Origin: Blochmannia endosymbiont of Camponotus nipponensis
GTDB lineage: Bacteria; Pseudomonadota; Gammaproteobacteria; Enterobacterales; Enterobacteriaceae
Length of the DNA: 32,000 nt
Reading direction: 5' to 3'
Assembly: GCF_009827135.1 (NCBI RefSeq)
Contig: NZ_CP046534.1
Span: 420,001 to 452,000 of the forward strand
In this document: piece after piece, positions 29,234 to 32,000 of the stretch
How positions within the stretch are numbered: position 1 is the first letter of the stretch
Layout: each line of letters opens with the position of its first letter
The notes under the pieces: model-generated
What the model saw: only the letters and a program-made list of their open reading frames with translations
The model's database searches: none
Told to the model about the DNA's origin: nothing
Program-made: the position numbers and the translations under genes

Positions 29234-29683
29234 ATGTATAAACAGGAAATAGCGATATTTTTACAACAACATACGATTTTAAGTGTTGTATGGATGGTTT
29301 TGTTAATTGCAGTATTGTATACTACAATTAACAGTTGGTTATGTAGATATTCTGAAATATTACGTGATACAGCAATTTTTTTAATAAACAAAAAAAATGC
29401 AATAGTAATAGATATTCGTAGTCAAGATGATTATCGTTTAGGACATATAGCAAACAGTGTTAATATTTCAATAGAAGATATTAAAAATGGTAATATTTAT
29501 AAATTAAAAAGATTTAGAAAGCATCCATTGATTGTAGTACATGACAATAATATACTAGCTCATTCAATGAAACAACGTTTGTGTAAATTAAAGTTTGAAG
29601 AGGTATATGTGCTTCATGGGGGTATAGTTGGTTGGAAAGCTGAAAATTTTCCTTTATTATTAAAAGATAAAATATTGAAATAA
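29234..29683 (+). CDS. yibN: rhodanese-domain inner-membrane protein YibN
   Basis: 149-aa ORF with an N-terminal TM segment ILSVVWMVLLIAVL. It continues with AIVIDIRSQDDYRLGHIANS.N and GGIVGWKAENFPL, parallel to E. coli YibN. The yibN-grxC-secB-gpsA-cysE order matches E. coli. Confidence 0.82.
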   Translation: MYKQEIAIFLQQHTILSVVWMVLLIAVLYTTINSWLCRYSEILRDTAIFLINKKNAIVIDIRSQDDYRLGHIANSVNISIEDIKNGNIYKLKRFRKHPLIVVHDNNILAHSMKQRLCKLKFEEVYVLHGGIVGWKAENFPLLLKDKILK

Positions 29684-29694
29684 TGAGAACTAAA

Positions 29695-29973
29695 ATGGCT
29701 TATATTGAAATTTATACAAAGAAACATTGTCCTTACTGTGATCGAGCTAAAGCATTATTTAAAAAAAAATCTCTAGATTTTAAAGAAATTCCTGTAGATA
29801 TTAATGATTCAGATGATAGTATAGGTATAGAAATGAGACAACGATCTGGCGGTCGTACTACATTACCACAGATTTTTATAAATGGGTTGCATATTGGCGG
29901 ATCAGATGATTTAGAGTTTTTAAATAATCAGGGAAAATTAGATTTAATTGTAATGAATAAAAACAGTGAATAA
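29695..29973 (+). CDS. grxC: glutaredoxin 3
   Basis: MAYIEIYTKKHCPYCDRAKALF...GRTTLPQIFINGLHIGG.DDL matches E. coli GrxC (MANVEIYTKETCPYCHRAKALL...). The CPYC active site is present. An alternative upstream ATG at 29683 overlaps the yibN stop (TAATG) and would add 4 residues. Confidence 0.9.
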   Translation: MAYIEIYTKKHCPYCDRAKALFKKKSLDFKEIPVDINDSDDSIGIEMRQRSGGRTTLPQIFINGLHIGGSDDLEFLNNQGKLDLIVMNKNSE

Positions 29974-30019
29974 ATAGTAGTTTTTGTTTGTTAGGATCAA
30001 AGATAGTAAGGTGTGTTTA

Positions 30020-30475
30020 GTGGCAGAAAGAAACAGTAATGATATATTATTTCATGTGCAAAGAATATACACTAAAGATATTTCATTTGAAGCTCCGAAT
30101 ACTCCTGAAGTTTTTAAAATAACGTGGCATCCAAGAATTAAGGTAGACTTAAATAGTAATTATAAGAAAATACATCTGAATATATATGAAGTAGTGTTGT
30201 GTATCACTGTTACCGCAAGAATTGGAGAAGATACGGCTTTTTTATGTCAAGTTAAGCAAGCTGGAATTTTTGATATTTCAGGGCTTGACAGTACTCAAAT
30301 GATACATTGCCTAAGTGCGCATTGCCCGAGTATTTTGTTCCCTTATGCTAGGGAATGTATAAGTAACCAAGTTTCTAGGGGAACTTTTCCTCAAATTAAT
30401 TTAGATCCAATTAATTTTGATACTTTATTTGTTAGGTCTTTAAAAAACAAATATGATGATACGCTTAAAAATTAA
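30020..30475 (+). CDS. secB: protein-export chaperone SecB (GTG start)
   Basis: From the GTG at 30020, (M)[31 protein letters not shown] aligns residue for residue with E. coli [36 protein letters not shown] lies 9 nt upstream. No ATG precedes the conserved block. [24 protein letters not shown] is conserved. Confidence 0.9.
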   Translation: MAERNSNDILFHVQRIYTKDISFEAPNTPEVFKITWHPRIKVDLNSNYKKIHLNIYEVVLCITVTARIGEDTAFLCQVKQAGIFDISGLDSTQMIHCLSAHCPSILFPYARECISNQVSRGTFPQINLDPINFDTLFVRSLKNKYDDTLKN

Positions 30476-30503
30476 TATATTAAAATAGTTAGTTTTAATT
30501 ATT

Positions 30504-31523
30504 GTGTCTATTATACGTCCTATTGTAACTATAATTGGAGCGGGGTCTTATGGAACGGCCATGGCTATTGCTTTATCTAGTAATGGTCATACAGTGTTGT
30601 TGTGGGGTCATAGTTCTGATCATATTCAAAGACTTAAAATTAATCGATGTAATCAAGCCTATTTACCAGGTATCACTTTTCCATCATCGTTGTATTTGGA
30701 ACAGTCTTTATCTGTAGCTTTATCAACTTGTCGAAATTTATTAATTGCGGTTCCAAGTTGTGTATTTAGTCATGTCTTAATGCGGATGAAACCAAATTTA
30801 AGGAATGATACTCGTATTATTATAGCATCTAAAGGATTAGAACCGAAAACTGGACGTTTATTACAAGATGTGACATATCAAATTTTGGGAAAAGATATCC
30901 CTCTCGCGATTATATCTGGACCAACTTTTGCCAGAGAATTGGCATTGGGATTACCTGCTGCAATAACATTAGCTTCGAATGATACTATATTGGGTTATGA
31001 TCTGCAAGGTATATTACATTGTAGTAAAAATTTTAGAATATATAGCAATACAGATACTATTGGTATTCAAGTAGCTGGAGCAGTAAAAAATATCATTGCT
31101 ATTGGGGCAGGTATTTCTGATGGAATAGGGCTGGGATCAAATGCGCGAACGGCATTAATTACACGTGGTTTAGTGGAAATGTCTCGATTGGGAATAGCAA
31201 TGGGAGCGACCTCAGATGTTTTTGTGGGATTAGCTGGGTTAGGAGATTTGGTATTGACTTGCACTGATGATCAGTCACGTAATCGTCGTTTTGGAATATT
31301 ATTGGGACAAGGTTTAAATATATGTCATGCTCAAAAAAATATTGGTCAAGTAATAGAAGGATTGTATTCCATAAAGGAAGTATATATGCTGTCTATTAAA
31401 TATAAGGTAGATATGCCGATTACTGAACAAATATATCAGATACTGTATCAAAATAAAAATATCCATGAAGCAGTGTGTTCTTTATTAGGACGCACACAAA
31501 AAGCAGAAAAAATGAATAGTTAG
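30504..31523 (+). CDS. gpsA: NAD(P)H-dependent glycerol-3-phosphate dehydrogenase (GTG start)
   Basis: 339-aa ORF with [11 protein letters not shown] (Rossmann) plus [65 protein letters not shown] and GQV.EG. Confidence 0.93.
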   Translation: MSIIRPIVTIIGAGSYGTAMAIALSSNGHTVLLWGHSSDHIQRLKINRCNQAYLPGITFPSSLYLEQSLSVALSTCRNLLIAVPSCVFSHVLMRMKPNLRNDTRIIIASKGLEPKTGRLLQDVTYQILGKDIPLAIISGPTFARELALGLPAAITLASNDTILGYDLQGILHCSKNFRIYSNTDTIGIQVAGAVKNIIAIGAGISDGIGLGSNARTALITRGLVEMSRLGIAMGATSDVFVGLAGLGDLVLTCTDDQSRNRRFGILLGQGLNICHAQKNIGQVIEGLYSIKEVYMLSIKYKVDMPITEQIYQILYQNKNIHEAVCSLLGRTQKAEKMNS

Positions 31524-31583
31524 TGCAATTAATAGTGTAATGTTTTAATTATTATTAATACCATAAAATGGTTAGGTAAATTT

Positions 31584-32000
31584 ATGTCTTTAAATGTATT
31601 AGAAATAGTTTGGAGCAATATTAAGGTTGAAGCGAGATTATTAATTGATTCTGAACCGATATTAACTAATTTTATGTATGTAACTTTGTTAAAACACAAA
31701 AATTTTAAAGATGCTTTAATTTATATATTGTCTAAAAAATTAACTAATGCAGATATACCTGTAATTGATGTAACTAAGATATTAGAAGATATATACAGTG
31801 CTGATGATAAAATTATTATTTCTGCTGCGCAAGATATTCATGCAATACGTTTAAATGATCCCTCTATAACTAAGTATTTTACTCCTTTTTTGTATTTAAA
31901 AGGATTTCATGCATTGCAAGCGCATCGTATTTCTCATTGGTTATGGAATCATAATCGTCAAGAATTGGCTATGTATTTTTATAATCATATCTCCACGGTT
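31584..32000 (+). CDS. cysE: serine O-acetyltransferase, 3' end beyond the window
   Basis: This ORF is not in the supplied track because it has no stop in the window. I translated it by hand as MSLNVLEIVWSNIKVEARLLIDSEPILTNFMYVTLLKHKNF...AAQDIHAIRLNDPSITKYFTPFLYLKGFHALQAHRISHWLW. That parallels E. coli CysE MSCEELEIVWNNIKAEARTLADCEPMLASFYHATLLKHENL...YLKGFHALQAYRIGHWLW. The frame is open to nt 32000. Confidence 0.9.
   Translation, partial: MSLNVLEIVWSNIKVEARLLIDSEPILTNFMYVTLLKHKNFKDALIYILSKKLTNADIPVIDVTKILEDIYSADDKIIISAAQDIHAIRLNDPSITKYFTPFLYLKGFHALQAHRISHWLWNHNRQELAMYFYNHISTV

Noticed and set aside
30535-30717. 60-aa + strand ORF in an alternative frame of gpsA
   Set aside because: It is an out-of-frame overlap with the conserved GpsA N-terminus.
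31067-31264. 65-aa minus-strand ORF inside gpsA
   Set aside because: It is antisense to the most conserved GpsA block (GAVKN.IAIGAG...GLGDL). It is the usual Pro/Ala-rich mirror ORF of a less A/T-rich segment.
1-32000. Scan for CRISPR arrays, IS/transposase or integrase genes, phage genes, toxin-antitoxin pairs, defence systems, tRNA/rRNA genes and alternative genetic code
   Set aside because: I found no spaced direct-repeat arrays. Every ORF over 60 aa that is not antisense to another gene is a housekeeping ortholog, apart from the MarR-like gene. I recognised no tRNA cloverleaf or rRNA segment. All genes read full-length with the standard code and mostly end in TAA.

Overview
This is a very AT-rich window (spacers are almost pure A/T) with short, K/N/I-rich but clearly Enterobacterales-type housekeeping proteins. 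It looks like the reduced genome of an obligate insect endosymbiont, Blochmannia-like by gene content; I cannot confirm that without a database search. I can support 27 protein genes and no tRNA, rRNA, CRISPR, IS or phage genes.

The gene order forms two blocks that are each collinear with E. coli K-12:
- Block 1 (+ orientation): udp-rmuC-ubiE-[ubiJ missing]-ubiB-[tatABCD/rfaH missing]-ubiD, then dsbA-polA-engB, then glnA.
- Block 2 (inverted): rpoZ-gmk, a MarR-family gene, yicC, dut-coaBC, rpmB-rpmG, coaD-waaA, waaC-waaF-hldD, and yibN-grxC-secB-gpsA-cysE.

Almost every long spacer (0.2-1.7 kb) sits where E. coli has genes: ubiJ, tat, spoT side, ligB-dinD, slmA-pyrE-rph, radC, mutM, the outer-core waa genes and kbl-gpmM. 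They are best read as eroded genes.

I see no convincing novel multi-gene system. The most notable observations are:
1. waaF is split by a frameshift inside an A9 run and is otherwise intact, so it is a candidate for rescue by transcriptional slippage.
2. Pol I has lost all four 3'-5' exonuclease catalytic carboxylates, while its polymerase and 5'-nuclease motifs are intact.
3. A non-syntenic MarR-family regulator is retained in this stripped genome.
4. Two statistically unusual perfect inverted repeats flank that regulator: a 19-bp IR bounding a 107-bp element, and a 31-bp all-A/T hairpin.
5. A possible relic of the mutM zinc-finger end lies after rpmG.
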